The translations under genes and the position numbers were made by a program. Of a stretch of DNA of 49,215 bases, positions 1 through 11,100 are shown piece by piece. Each line of letters opens with the position of its first letter. The first letter of the stretch is position 1. The notes below the pieces were generated by a model that had not been told where the DNA came from, searched no databases, and worked only from the letters and a program-made list of their open reading frames with translations. Source of the stretch: Nitrospira sp. (GTDB taxonomy: Bacteria > Nitrospirota > Nitrospiria > Nitrospirales > UBA8639); assembly GCA_020430245.1 (NCBI GenBank), contig JAGQKG010000001.1, forward strand, positions 1 to 49,215, in the 5' to 3' direction.

Positions 1-129
1 CCCCTCATGATTCACGATGATATTCTTCAGAATATGCATCTCTTCCTGGTCGAACAGATCAGGAACAATCAGGTATCCCTTCGTCCAAAACTGTTCGAAC
101 TCTTTCTCAAATCCCATCCCACTCTCCAT
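1..129 (-). CDS. N-terminus of a probable phytanoyl-CoA dioxygenase (PhyH-like, Fe/2OG) family protein; partial, runs off the window
   Basis: Not in the ORF track. Manual translation from ATG at 129 (or 117): MESGMGFEKEFEQFWTKGYLIVPDLFDQEEMHILKNII. The F-x3-GY-L-x-VP-x-LF-x2-EE pattern is typical of PhyH-family N-termini. Co-oriented just downstream of hddC. Confidence 0.6.
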   Translation of the reverse strand, partial: MESGMGFEKEFEQFWTKGYLIVPDLFDQEEMHILKNIIVNHEG

Positions 130-160
130 TATTGCGGAACTATGGCAGAACCGATGCCGT

Positions 161-898
161 TCACGTGACCCGAGTAAAAATCGCTTCCTTCTGAGCGCGT
201 TCATAGTCGCTTGGCGTGCCGATATCAATAAAATATCCTGTGGTGACGAATGCGCGAGGCTGGAGCTCTCGACAATACGGCTGGAGGATATCCATCTCAA
301 AGGAAAAGTGCTCTCCGCTGCCATATTGGGAAAATATTCCAGATCCAACAACGTACATCCCTGCGTTTACTAGGCCGGGGCCTTCCTGACCCTTTTCTTG
401 AAATTCTACGACTCGTTCACCCCGGAGCACGACGGCACCATATCGACTCACATCAGGAACATGCCGAAGAACTATCGCGACCTGAGTTGGGGTCTGTGCA
501 TACCAGGCCATCAGGGCCGGATAATCAATGTCAACGAGCGTGTCGGCATTAAGGACCAAAGCCGGAGAAGACTCATCGCCTTTTAGCGCTAAAGCCATCG
601 CTCCTCCTGTTCCTAAAGGATAGCTTTCTCTTGAATATCTGATTTGAAGTGAGCGGTAAGCCTGACCAAAATGCTCTTCAATGACCTCCGCCTTATACCC
701 AACTGACATAATGACTTCGGCCAGCCCAGCATCGACAAGTCCATCGAGAACATATTCCAAAAATGGCCGGCCTTTAACAGGCGCCATGGGTTTAGGAAGA
801 TCGGGAACGACAGGCTGAAGTCTTTCGCCACGTCCCCCAGCCAGAACAATGGCCTTTCTGATTCCTACTTGAACCACATGAATCACTCCTGTCTTCAC
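161..898 (-). CDS. hddC: Sugar-1-phosphate nucleotidyltransferase, probable D-glycero-alpha-D-manno-heptose 1-phosphate guanylyltransferase
   Basis: AIVLAGGRGERL..DLPKPMAPV.GRPFL, PLGTGGA and FIDIGTPSDY motifs; adjacent to an hddA-type kinase. Exact start uncertain. Confidence 0.8.
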   Translation of the reverse strand: MKTGVIHVVQVGIRKAIVLAGGRGERLQPVVPDLPKPMAPVKGRPFLEYVLDGLVDAGLAEVIMSVGYKAEVIEEHFGQAYRSLQIRYSRESYPLGTGGAMALALKGDESSPALVLNADTLVDIDYPALMAWYAQTPTQVAIVLRHVPDVSRYGAVVLRGERVVEFQEKGQEGPGLVNAGMYVVGSGIFSQYGSGEHFSFEMDILQPYCRELQPRAFVTTGYFIDIGTPSDYERAQKEAIFTRVT

Positions 899-1129
899 AC
901 ATAAATCAAATACATGCCAGAGGAGGATAACCCCGGCGTAAAAATATCAGCGACTCAGCTTCTCACGGAATAATTCAGTTGAATACACATCAGCCCAAAA
1001 GCTGACAATCCCTGTCCGTGGTAGGTCGGAGCAAGTAGGTCATCAATTTATCTCACCAACACATTCCGTTTTTTCAAACAACCATGTCAAAAGGTCAACC
1101 GCGATCTGACGCCTTCCACACGATTCAAT

Positions 1130-2158
1130 TTAATCTATCTTCCAACCCTGCATCCCGTATTTGGTAAAATGACAGTTACTGACCTGACCGGAGAATTTTT
1201 TTAACGCAAAAATTACCTCCATGCGTTTTTCCGGTGGGACAAAAAACATCATAAAACCTCCACCGCCAGCCCCGGACACTTTGCCAGCCAAGGCTCCCGC
1301 CTTGACAGCCGCTTCATAGATTTCATCAATATGTGCGTTGGACACACTCTTGGCTGAACGCTTCTTGCTGACCCATCCCTCACGCATGGACTCAACCAAT
1401 CCAGTGAAATCGCCTTTCAGCAGACTTTCCTTCATCATACAGGCCTCACGCTTCATGGCATGCATGGCAGAAAGGGCCAAGTCAGTGCCAGCCTCAACAT
1501 TAGTACGCTGGTCACTGATGATCTTTGCAGAAGATCTCGACACACCAGTAAAAAAAAGCACTAATGAGGCCTCCAGCTCACAGATGATCCAGTTTTTGAT
1601 ACGCAAGGGATTGACGATCACCCGATTGTCTGCATAAAACTCAATGAAGTTAAACCCCCCAAATGTCGCAGCGTATTGATCCTGTCTCCCACCTTGCAGA
1701 CCACAATCGACTCGCTCAATCTTAAACGCCAAATGAGCCAACGCGTAATCGTCAAGCGGGACGTTTAGCAATTCCGCAAAGGCCTTAAGCATCGCCACAA
1801 CCAGAGTCGAGGAGGATCCCAGCCCGGATCCTACAGGAGCATCGCAATAAGTGGTGACTTTCACAGCCAACGGCCGTCCTTCATTAAACTGCTCAACCAT
1901 GTACAGATAGACGGCTCGATGTAAATCGACACATCCATTGCGAGGAATGGACTCTCCCAACTGATACTCACTAAAATGCTGGCGATCAGCAGAACAAAAC
2001 TGCACCTTATTGCCCGTCAACACCTCCAGGACCGCATAGGCATATCGATCAATCGTGGCATTGAGCACACAGCCGCCATACAAATCACAATAGGGCGACA
2101 CATCTGTCCCGCCGCCCGCCAGGCCAAGCCGAAGAGGCGCCCGGGCGCGGATGATCAT
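1130..2158 (-). CDS. hddA: GHMP kinase, D-glycero-alpha-D-manno-heptose 7-phosphate kinase
   Basis: RAPLRLGLAGGGTDV, P.GSGLGSSS, GGRQDQY and GKVSGAGGGGF motifs. ATG at 2158 is preceded by GGAGG. Confidence 0.88.
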   Translation of the reverse strand: MIIRARAPLRLGLAGGGTDVSPYCDLYGGCVLNATIDRYAYAVLEVLTGNKVQFCSADRQHFSEYQLGESIPRNGCVDLHRAVYLYMVEQFNEGRPLAVKVTTYCDAPVGSGLGSSSTLVVAMLKAFAELLNVPLDDYALAHLAFKIERVDCGLQGGRQDQYAATFGGFNFIEFYADNRVIVNPLRIKNWIICELEASLVLFFTGVSRSSAKIISDQRTNVEAGTDLALSAMHAMKREACMMKESLLKGDFTGLVESMREGWVSKKRSAKSVSNAHIDEIYEAAVKAGALAGKVSGAGGGGFMMFFVPPEKRMEVIFALKKFSGQVSNCHFTKYGMQGWKID

Positions 2159-2173
2159 CGAACCCTCCAAATA

Positions 2174-2917
2174 TCAAAGCGGCTGATCATTGTGAAACGG
2201 CGGTTTTTCCCGGTTGAAATGTTTAAGCGTTCGAAGATCGTCCCGGTACTGGTTCAGGTGAATCCGCACTTCGTCTCCAGGTTGGTCTGAGGACCGACAC
2301 CAACGCCCACCTGCATCCACTTCCGCAATGGGACGCTTGCGAATGACAATCTCGATCCCGCATTCTCCCACCGAACTCAAAGTCTGGTCGTATCTCGGAA
2401 GATTAAACCGATACGTCGAAATAAGCTGTTCAATTTTGACCGGCTCGGCAGCCGAACCAAGGGCACGCACTAAATCCAGGACATTTAGAGACTGTTTACT
2501 CCATGACTGCATCTTGAAAATGGTAAACGTCCATTTATGATCGGCATTAAATGTGCTCGGAAACTGGCCCTGTTCATATAAATCTTCATCCGGGACGGTA
2601 ATGACGAGATGGCCGCCTGGCCGCAACACCCTAAACCAATTCCTAAGTCCTACGACAGGATCATGCAGATGCTCCAGGCAATGACTGCTATGCACAAAGT
2701 CGAATGTCTCATCCGACACCCCCTCAAGAAACTGCGCGTTCCCATCAGCCAGGTCCCATGTTCGCACATCCTCCATCCGACAGAACAATTCCTGATATAA
2801 CCCCAAGGGATCGGGATGGCCACCGATATCCAGCCCCTTCCCGACGAAAAACCGGTTAATGAAGTTTGGCTCGGATAATCGCCGAGCAATCGACTTGCTA
2901 CATTCTTTCATAATCAC
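2174..2917 (-). CDS. Class I SAM-dependent methyltransferase
   Basis: GLDIGG motif I, FDFVHSSHCLEH, VLRPGGHL. Confidence 0.85.
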   Translation of the reverse strand: MIMKECSKSIARRLSEPNFINRFFVGKGLDIGGHPDPLGLYQELFCRMEDVRTWDLADGNAQFLEGVSDETFDFVHSSHCLEHLHDPVVGLRNWFRVLRPGGHLVITVPDEDLYEQGQFPSTFNADHKWTFTIFKMQSWSKQSLNVLDLVRALGSAAEPVKIEQLISTYRFNLPRYDQTLSSVGECGIEIVIRKRPIAEVDAGGRWCRSSDQPGDEVRIHLNQYRDDLRTLKHFNREKPPFHNDQPL

Positions 2918-2944
2918 ATTGACGCATCATGGGAAAGATGGGTA

Positions 2945-3721
2945 TCAACCTCCAGGAGACCGAAAGACAAAGTGCGGGAAAATTTGCTCACTATGCATGC
3001 GGTCGCGACGAATCACCAATTCTTCTACCGCTTCGGTCGCTCCTAAACAGCTTGAGGTGGTCGCATCATCAAACACTACATACCCACCCGGAACCATAAA
3101 GGGTTTCACAAGATCATATGAAAAGGCCACTGCGGAATAAATATCACAATCGATATGGGCCAAGACAATGCTTCCAATCTTGTCGACGGCAGAGGGGCCG
3201 GTTTCCTGGAACAATCCTTTGATAAACTCAACATTCCTCACACCCTCCCGATCAGCAAATTCTCGCAACTCCTGCAAATCGACGTCTTGAAAATCTCCTG
3301 CTCCGTGGGCATCAATAGCGGATTCGGTTGCGGGCATCCCTGCAAAGGTATCCAGGGCAAAGACTTTTCTGCCAGGGTACAGTTGATCGACCACATAGGC
3401 CATAAACAGCGCGTTCCCTCCTTTATACGACCCAAATTCGACAATGTGTCCAAAGGGGATGTAGGGAAGAAAATATTTCAGAATCAAAAAAAGGTTCATC
3501 CGATTATCTTCAGATACCACGGTTCGGCCAGAGGCCAGTCTGTATGCCTCTTGATATAAGGCATCCTTCCGCACTGACTCGCGCAATTGGCCACATTGCA
3601 ATCCCCATCCTCTGGCATAGCCATCGCGAACATTCCGGGACTTCCGGACGGGGTAGTTTCCCCCGACAGGAGGAACAAATAAATCAAAGACCATTTCCAC
3701 TTCTCTCAGGTCCGGCTTCAT
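2945..3721 (-). CDS. TylF/MycF/NovP-like sugar O-methyltransferase
   Basis: GHIVEFGSYKGG, ALDTFAGMP, FIKGLFQET, AHIDCDIYS and PGGYVVFDD are TylF-family motifs. Confidence 0.85.
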   Translation of the reverse strand: MKPDLREVEMVFDLFVPPVGGNYPVRKSRNVRDGYARGWGLQCGQLRESVRKDALYQEAYRLASGRTVVSEDNRMNLFLILKYFLPYIPFGHIVEFGSYKGGNALFMAYVVDQLYPGRKVFALDTFAGMPATESAIDAHGAGDFQDVDLQELREFADREGVRNVEFIKGLFQETGPSAVDKIGSIVLAHIDCDIYSAVAFSYDLVKPFMVPGGYVVFDDATTSSCLGATEAVEELVIRRDRMHSEQIFPHFVFRSPGG

Positions 3722-3840
3722 TCCACTGTATCCCCTGCGTTACCTATCATCAAGACCCTTTCACCGCACCCATTGGAAAACTGTGCCAATCACAACCCAT
3801 TGACCGTCTGAAAGGGATAGAGATTGAAACTTCATATTCC

Positions 3841-5211
3841 TTACATTAGCCCCAAAGCCGCAAGTCGACCTCGATATTTTGTCCCCACCGCCTGTGAGCT
3901 ATGGTGGGTTTTAATAAAGTCCTCCGCATGTTGACCAATTGTTTGGGCATAATGCGGCTCATTGACAACTCGCTTCATAAACCACACGGCATGCTCAATG
4001 TCAGGGTCAGCCCATTTCTGCCCCTTTGCGAACGGATATTCATGTTCCCCGACTGGAATAAGTTGATAATCGACCAGACACGAATTGTGGGCATTGGTAA
4101 AATCAAGATTTCCCGAATATCCGGTCGCAATTACCGGTTTCCCGAGATACATGGCTTCAGCAAGCCCCCGACCAAAACCTTCTGAGCGATGCAGCGACAA
4201 AAAACAATCGCACAACTTCACCAGAGACTTGGTTTCCCGGTCAGTCAACACCGCATCCATGAAGATAACTCGAGGATCCTCACAATCAATTGATTGCATA
4301 AATGCCTGGTATTCCTGAGGACGCAAGTCCATCCCATTCATTTTAATCACAATACCCACCCGTGCATCATCTACATCCGGGAATGCCTGCAAAAACGCAC
4401 GAATCGCTCCCTCTGGATTTTTTCGTTGGACATACGAGGTGAAATCAAAAAAGAATAAAAACAAAAACCGATCATCGGGCAATCCGAAAGATTTCCTGGT
4501 CATCCCGTTTGGCTCCGGGAACTCAACGGCCAGTGGCATTCTGATAACGGGTGAAGAGGTCGCATCGGCAATCGCCTGTTCAATGAACCGTGATGGAGCC
4601 CAGACTTCATTCACCAATTGAAGCGACGGACGCCACGCCTGAGGGAAACGACTCAGCTCCCAGGCCCAATATCCAATATTGTAACGATCGGTAAAAATAT
4701 CCTCACCAAGATGTCTTTGTGCATTCATCATTTCATCGGCATTAATGTGAAAGACATTGGCCCTGTAGCAACCATCTTTGACAATCTTATCCCGGAAGGG
4801 AAAATCCTGGTGGACCTCTGCCAGGTGCAATCCATATTCTCCATAGATATTCCGAATACGGAATGGGACCTCTGCCGCGGAAAACGCTGATGCCGCCAAG
4901 CGAATATGCTCACCCATCCCAAGCACTCCAAATGGATGGCCAAGCAACAGGGCTCCAGGAGAAAGGACAGCCATCCGGGATCCAGATTTTTTTTCAGAAT
5001 GGTTGGGAGTACCTAATCGCATAGTTCCATCTGATTCGTGACTGAACGAGAACGCCTTTCGATTAGCCAGCAATTGCCTTATTTTTTTCTTCAGCCCAGA
5101 TACTCCCTCAAAGGCCACGACCTGCCAGAGACGCCGAAACATCATGAATACCCCTCCATGATGCCGGACAGACTGTTTTGCCACATTCACAAAATCCATG
5201 AACGTACCCAT
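3841..5211 (-). CDS. Glycosyltransferase family 4 (GT-B)
   Basis: IGYWAWEL, RKNP, CDCFLSLHRSEGFGRGLAEAMYLGKPVIATGYSGN (E-x7-E motif). Confidence 0.88.
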   Translation of the reverse strand: MGTFMDFVNVAKQSVRHHGGVFMMFRRLWQVVAFEGVSGLKKKIRQLLANRKAFSFSHESDGTMRLGTPNHSEKKSGSRMAVLSPGALLLGHPFGVLGMGEHIRLAASAFSAAEVPFRIRNIYGEYGLHLAEVHQDFPFRDKIVKDGCYRANVFHINADEMMNAQRHLGEDIFTDRYNIGYWAWELSRFPQAWRPSLQLVNEVWAPSRFIEQAIADATSSPVIRMPLAVEFPEPNGMTRKSFGLPDDRFLFLFFFDFTSYVQRKNPEGAIRAFLQAFPDVDDARVGIVIKMNGMDLRPQEYQAFMQSIDCEDPRVIFMDAVLTDRETKSLVKLCDCFLSLHRSEGFGRGLAEAMYLGKPVIATGYSGNLDFTNAHNSCLVDYQLIPVGEHEYPFAKGQKWADPDIEHAVWFMKRVVNEPHYAQTIGQHAEDFIKTHHSSQAVGTKYRGRLAALGLM

Positions 5212-5891
5212 TGATTAGCCGACGATCCTATTCAGAGATTTCATCCCTCTACTCGCATCCAGAAAGATCTTGTCATGAACAAGAAAATGGATGGAAAAGA
5301 ATTCGGTCCCAATGCCTTCTGTCTATTCACAGCCATGAAGGTGCCAGGAAATTATCCTACGATGCACCGCATATCCTCGACAGCACGTTGTTCCGACCGA
5401 CGGCTATTGAAATGCTCCCCTACGAGAGCATAATTCTAGCCCTGATAGGATCCAAAGACATAACTAAGATGGAGGAAATCCGAGGGTCTTCATATTTAAA
5501 AAAACATCATGCTAATAGATCTGTAACGTCTCTGGCGAGCAATGGAACACCTCACTTCGCCGAGTTTTCTTTGGATTGATTGCGGGTGTGTCCTCGTGAG
5601 GCAGTTGAGGATGCCAAATGGCGACGTCGCCTTTTTTAACAAAGCCTGCTTTGTTCCTCCAAAACCCTCTGATCGGGTAATCACTTTACTATAGTAGGCT
5701 TCGAGAGTATGGCGCACAACCCAATGTCTCAAATTTGCCCATTTTCCCGTATGGTTTTGTACATCTTCATAGGCAACCCCCTCTGCCATAACCCCCCTCG
5801 CAGCCCAGTTGGATAGCGCAAAGGATAAGGCCCAGCTCTTAAGACCGTATCCTGATCTGAATTCCGCAGCTCCAGCCCACGGACTCCAAGA

Positions 5892-7135
5892 AGAGGCGGC
5901 CCCGATTCTTTGAACAACCTGAAAGTCTTCGAAGTGGATCGCTCTTCTAAACTACGCCGCTGGTTGTGGCGGCTGAGGGTGAAAATGCACCTGATCCGGT
6001 GTGTGTCCCGAACCCGGCGACGTCACAGGACAACCCAAAATAGCTTTCTAATCCCTTTCTTGCGGCTGAAACGGGGTCATAGGCATGCAAGTCAACGTCT
6101 TCGTACTGCACTGATCGCAAGAGGCGATCGACAATACTGTTGTCACAAACCACGTTTCAACCATCCATACGGATACGAATCCCCCGCAATTTGAGATGTC
6201 CTGTACATGCCCCCCGATGAACTGCTTGCCCTGAGTCGGTATGCAGAATGTCTGGTCATCCATCACCAACCACCACGTCCTCGAGCGCCTAGAGGCAGAA
6301 CAGAACACCCAAAGTGATGGACCGTCGCCAAGCCAACACTCGACGTGTATCTCAACCCACCACGGCGACCAGATAGACAAAGGCCTTGGCCATGGGGGTC
6401 TTTATGATATTCATGGCCCACACATGATGGGCGCGGGTGCCAAATCACGCACCATAAAGGGATACACCGGATGGGTTGAATGGCCCCACGTCGTTCTGGA
6501 TTCTCGATACAAGGCTTCTACGCCTATCCACGGCATCAGGGTAGCGGTAGGCTTGCCGCCCATAACGAACCCGTCCTGCCGTCATAAGTCCCGAAGTAGG
6601 CGAGCACGAACAAATGGCCAGTCCATCTGCAACTGATTAAACCGAGTCATGAGGGTCTGAGCACACTCAGAGCCAGGCTTGGGCCGGAAATTCAGGCAGC
6701 CGCGGATTTTCCCCAGGACCTTCGCCTATTTGGTCACTGTTAGCTGATGTCTGCGGTCGATCATCGTCTTGCGCCCAATAGTTTTTAAAAAATCGTTTCC
6801 CCACGTCAACTTACCTCTTGTGGCCTAAAGGGTTTTCCTGTCCACAGGGGTCTAGGCGACCCGCCCCCCTCAAAAAATCCTGCGCCACACTCTAGGAGCA
6901 AGGTCGTCCATTGCGTGATTGGGTTCGGGTCCCGATCAAAACGTTGAGTGAGTTCGGCTACCGTTTGTTTCCCTTTAAATTGCGGAAAGAGCCACTTTTG
7001 CTTTAAAGGCGGGAACATGGTTCCGCCGGGGTCGTCGGCTCAATGGATGCTCATTTTTTTTGAGGGGCAGCATCATGCCACTTTTGGTAGAGCCCCTCTA
7101 GCTATCCGATTTTGATAATTTTTTGGGGCACCTCT
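5892..7135 (-). mobile_element. Degenerate IS3-family insertion sequence (about 1.24 kb); orfA and orfB both pseudogenised
   Basis: Minus-strand orfA remnant MSRRPRRNHVPAFKAKVALSAI / KGKQTVAELTQRFD (frameshifted). TTTTTTA slippery site near 6786-6792. orfB remnant HHVWAMNIIKTPMAKAFVYLVAVVG*DTRRVLAWR with internal stops. Imperfect terminal repeats AGAGGCGGCCCC (5892) and AGAGGTGCCCC (reverse complement, ending 7135). Confidence 0.85.
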
Positions 7136-7268
7136 GGTATCTCACACTTTTCCAGTTGCTTAGGTAGATTCGCCACGTTCAAGACTCTTGGAATCCAGGC
7201 TTAAAAAAACCTTGCATATCCAAAATATTCATAAGTCCTTTACCACAAAGAGTCAATCTCCGATTCTG

Positions 7269-8123
7269 TCACTTCACAGCACGAATAATTATGGGAAGCA
7301 TATTGCCATAGTTATAATCCGGATGATTGCTCGAAACAAATCCAGAGAACACATCATACAAGACACCCAATTTCACATCTGTAAACCCACACTGGGTTAA
7401 GTCCTTTAATAACCCCCATCCAAAATGATAAAAAGTCAACGCACCCTCAGGCCTGATTGGATCTCCATGATACTCCGGATCCATGAGAAATTCTATTGAG
7501 CCATCTTCCAGAATTCGTGCTCTTTGAAGCTCTCGATCCAACATAAAAAGAAAAGGACAGGTAAAAATGAGACATCCCTCTTTCTTGAGAACCCGATAAA
7601 GTTCATCAAATGCCTTTCGATATTCAAAAACATGTTCGAGCACATCGTTATGGACGATAAGGTCTAAAGAAGAAGATCCGAAGGACAATTGGGTAATAGA
7701 CTCATGTCTCACTTTAATACCACACACGTCCTGGAAACTCCCACTCGGCATACCCTCTCCGACATATTCGGACCCAATAATTTCAGGATACTTTTCTTTG
7801 AGTTTCTGATACAAAACAGACGTTCTCTCCAAAATTGCTAGCTGACCTTTCATATCAGAATTAATTTCTTTGGAGATGGCTAAATAGATCAGCCGATTCC
7901 GATTGGATAATCCACACTCACAAATAAGACCTTCCCGAAGATTCGGACAGTCTCCCAAATACACTCCACTGTTCACTTTGAAGGTTCTTACTCCCTGACA
8001 AACCGCACAATATCCACGCACCTCACGCTGTAAAGACAGATAACGTTCAGCGGCGAGTTGATACGGCTTTATTTCTTCGACGTACTGGAGAAAGTCGTGT
8101 TTTTCACGAAACCAAGTAAACAT
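7269..8123 (-). CDS. SAM-dependent methyltransferase-like protein with N-terminal Cys motif
   Basis: CAVC...NLREGLICEC; SLDLIVHNDVLEHV; RVLKKEGCLIFTCPF; PEYHGDP. Confidence 0.75.
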   Translation of the reverse strand: MFTWFREKHDFLQYVEEIKPYQLAAERYLSLQREVRGYCAVCQGVRTFKVNSGVYLGDCPNLREGLICECGLSNRNRLIYLAISKEINSDMKGQLAILERTSVLYQKLKEKYPEIIGSEYVGEGMPSGSFQDVCGIKVRHESITQLSFGSSSLDLIVHNDVLEHVFEYRKAFDELYRVLKKEGCLIFTCPFLFMLDRELQRARILEDGSIEFLMDPEYHGDPIRPEGALTFYHFGWGLLKDLTQCGFTDVKLGVLYDVFSGFVSSNHPDYNYGNMLPIIIRAVK

Positions 8124-8159
8124 GTTGTGGCCTTATGAAAATGGACTGTGAATTGCCAT

Positions 8160-11100
8160 CTATCCAAGAGCGTTTTTCGTAGCAATCAAATATTGATGGC
8201 CAAATTCCCGATCAGGCTCTAAGTGATTACCTTCGGCCCATTCATTCCATGCGTTAATAAAAACAACCCGTTCGTCGCCAAAGTGAAGTCGCCGTGTTTG
8301 TTCAACCACCTGTCGCAACCAGTATTCGTATCGTTCGGGAGTTGCACCCACAAAAACATGGGAAACATCTTGACGACGGGCCGTATTGTCCCACGAAGGC
8401 ATCACGCCTCTAAGGAGTTTGTAGGATGGCCAAGTTCTTCGTATAAAATTTTCGGCTGTCTGGACATAGTCAAACAACACGCCCTGATAATCAGGATTGA
8501 TCAACGGTTGTGAGAGCTCAACTTGCACCGGATATCGATGAGGCGGAAATTCAATAGCCGCATCAAACCCATAAAGACTTGGATCATCTCCCATTGGCAT
8601 ACGTTCAAAGCACTGGACATAGGCTAAGTAAATTTCTCCAACCCCCGCATTTACACAGTATTTCCGCCACAAATCTGCAGTACGTCTGGGATCTGGGAGT
8701 TGGCCAAGCCGATATACGATCACCAGGGGTTTTCCATGAATCCTGACATACCGTGGATCCAGCAACGCAGGAGCAATCTCTGTAATGAAACCCAGATGAT
8801 CCGCCTCGGTATGACTCTGGGCGATGAGGATATCCTCTTCACACCCATCCCATCGTCTCGTCCAGTTCTCATTGGCCCAACAAAGGCAAAACGGAAAATC
8901 CGGGGCGCCGGACTGCAGTACCTCGTCAAAGGGACGGTTCAGGAGTTTCTTCCCAGCAAACCAATAATAGTAATAGCAGAAGGCCGAAATGCCATACTGG
9001 CGAGCCAACCGCGCCTGCTCTTCACGTACCTCCGGCATACGTAAATCATAAAACCCTAAATCCGCTGGCAAATGAGGTTGATAATGGCCCTTAAAATTCG
9101 GTCTCGCTTTCGTCACATTCGTCCATTCAGTAAAACCCTTTCCCCACCACCGGTCATTTTCAGGAATGGGGTGATATTGAGGAAGGAAAAAAGCAATCGC
9201 TCGAACCTCATTCAGCTTCTTCAGCTCATCGGTCCATCGTTGAACAAATGTGTCGACATTCCGAGCCACCAGAGGCATTTTTGCGTGAATGGAATCATTG
9301 GTACTGACACTAAGATGGTGAACAACCACAGAACGCGGTTGATAGAAGACCCGCTTCCCCATCTTTCTAACCTTAAAGGCTAGATCAGAATCTTCGCAGT
9401 AACAGGGCGCATAGACCTCATCGAATCCCTCCAAGGCTTTGAATAACTCAGCCTCAATGACCAGGCAGGCTCCCGAACAATAATCAACCTCTCGCGTCAC
9501 ATTATATTCAGGCCTGCCCGGATCATCATTCAACCCCACCAATTCCGCTGAGCCATCCGGTTTAATAATGGCCCCAGCTTCCTGGAGCACACCATTGGGA
9601 TACAGCAATTTTGAACCCACAAGGCCAACCTCTGATTGTTCTTGAAACGTGTTCACCAATTCATCAAGCCACCCTTCAAGAACCTGCGTGTCATTATTCA
9701 GAAACAGCAGATATTGGCCCCGAGCCAAGGTTGCACCCCTATTACACGAACGGAGAAATCCAATATTTGTCTCATTCCTGCAATACCGAATATTCTGAAC
9801 ATCTGCCAGAATTTTGGGAGTCTCATCATGAGATCCATCGTCAACAATGATCACCTCAAAACTACTCTGAGGCACATGCCTCAAAATCGAAGCCAAACAA
9901 CAAACAGTGTATTCCAAGTGATTGCAGACAGGAATAACGATGGACACCAAGGGCTGCTCCACATGGGTGAAGTTGAATGACTGGATGAGCGCTGTCATTC
10001 CACCCGGCTCAATCTGAATGAGAGAAACCGGCTTACGAGGAGGATTCTGGTGAGAGGCAAGCAGATTTCCAGATTCATGGAAGACAGGCAATTGCCTGTC
10101 CTTCCACCGCCGATAACTTTCTGTCTTTTGAAAGAAAGAGCCGAACCGTCTAAAAATAAACGTCACCAATTGATGTTTTCGATGAGGGGAAACGGGTAAC
10201 AGAGATTTTGCACTCCTTAAAACTCGATCAAGGGTCCCACCAATGGATTGCCGATTTTGAGCCCTAGGACGATCTGAGCCCTTCAACCACTGCACAAGAC
10301 TTGCGCAAACCTTCCCACGCCACGACCCCTCTGGACACAGGCGTTCCCTCAAGATTCTTATTTTGCTGATATTTCGCCAAAGCAATGATGAATGCATGCG
10401 ACGTAATTCTTCCTCTTTCGTCAGCAATCGGGCATACAAACTGCCAAAACGCTGATCCCGGTCCTCAAGGACATGTGCATGCTCGGCCATGGTACTTAGC
10501 AACTGGCTTTGAAGATGTCCAAGCTGTCGATCGCGTTCTTCAATACCAGCCTGTAGCGCCACGTGTTGATGCCAATACTCTGGAACTTCCGGAACAAATA
10601 TCCCGGAGGGAAGAACGGGTAGCTCGCCATTCCCAACGATAGCCACGAAATAAACAGGCTCGGGAATACTCAGAAACTTATGGGCTCGCCCTTGGGATAA
10701 TCGAAAATTCGCTGGAGGCGTGGAGGAATTATGGAGGGGGCCAATACATGATCCATAGCGGACTCGCTGTCCATAAAACTGCGCATGCTCAAAATAATTT
10801 AACAACAGTTCTTGAAACTCCTCAAAATAGAGTTCCTTCACATGAAAAGAATTGACGAACTGTGGCTTATCAGAATATTCAGCCTTATCCGGACTCGAGA
10901 TGATAACCAGGCCACCTGAACGTAAGACTCGAACAAATTCCCGCATCATTTCATGATGCTCATTATGGTGTTCGAGCGTCTCAAAACTCACAATAAGGTC
11001 GATGCTGGCATCAGGAAGGGGAATGTGTCCACACGTTCCATGCTTAAACCGAACATTTGAACGCTGATAGCGTTTCGCCGCATACCGTATGACCTCTTCC

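Noticed and set aside
6241-6636. 131-aa plus-strand ORF
   Set aside because: It is the antisense shadow of the IS3 orfB remnant on the minus strand.
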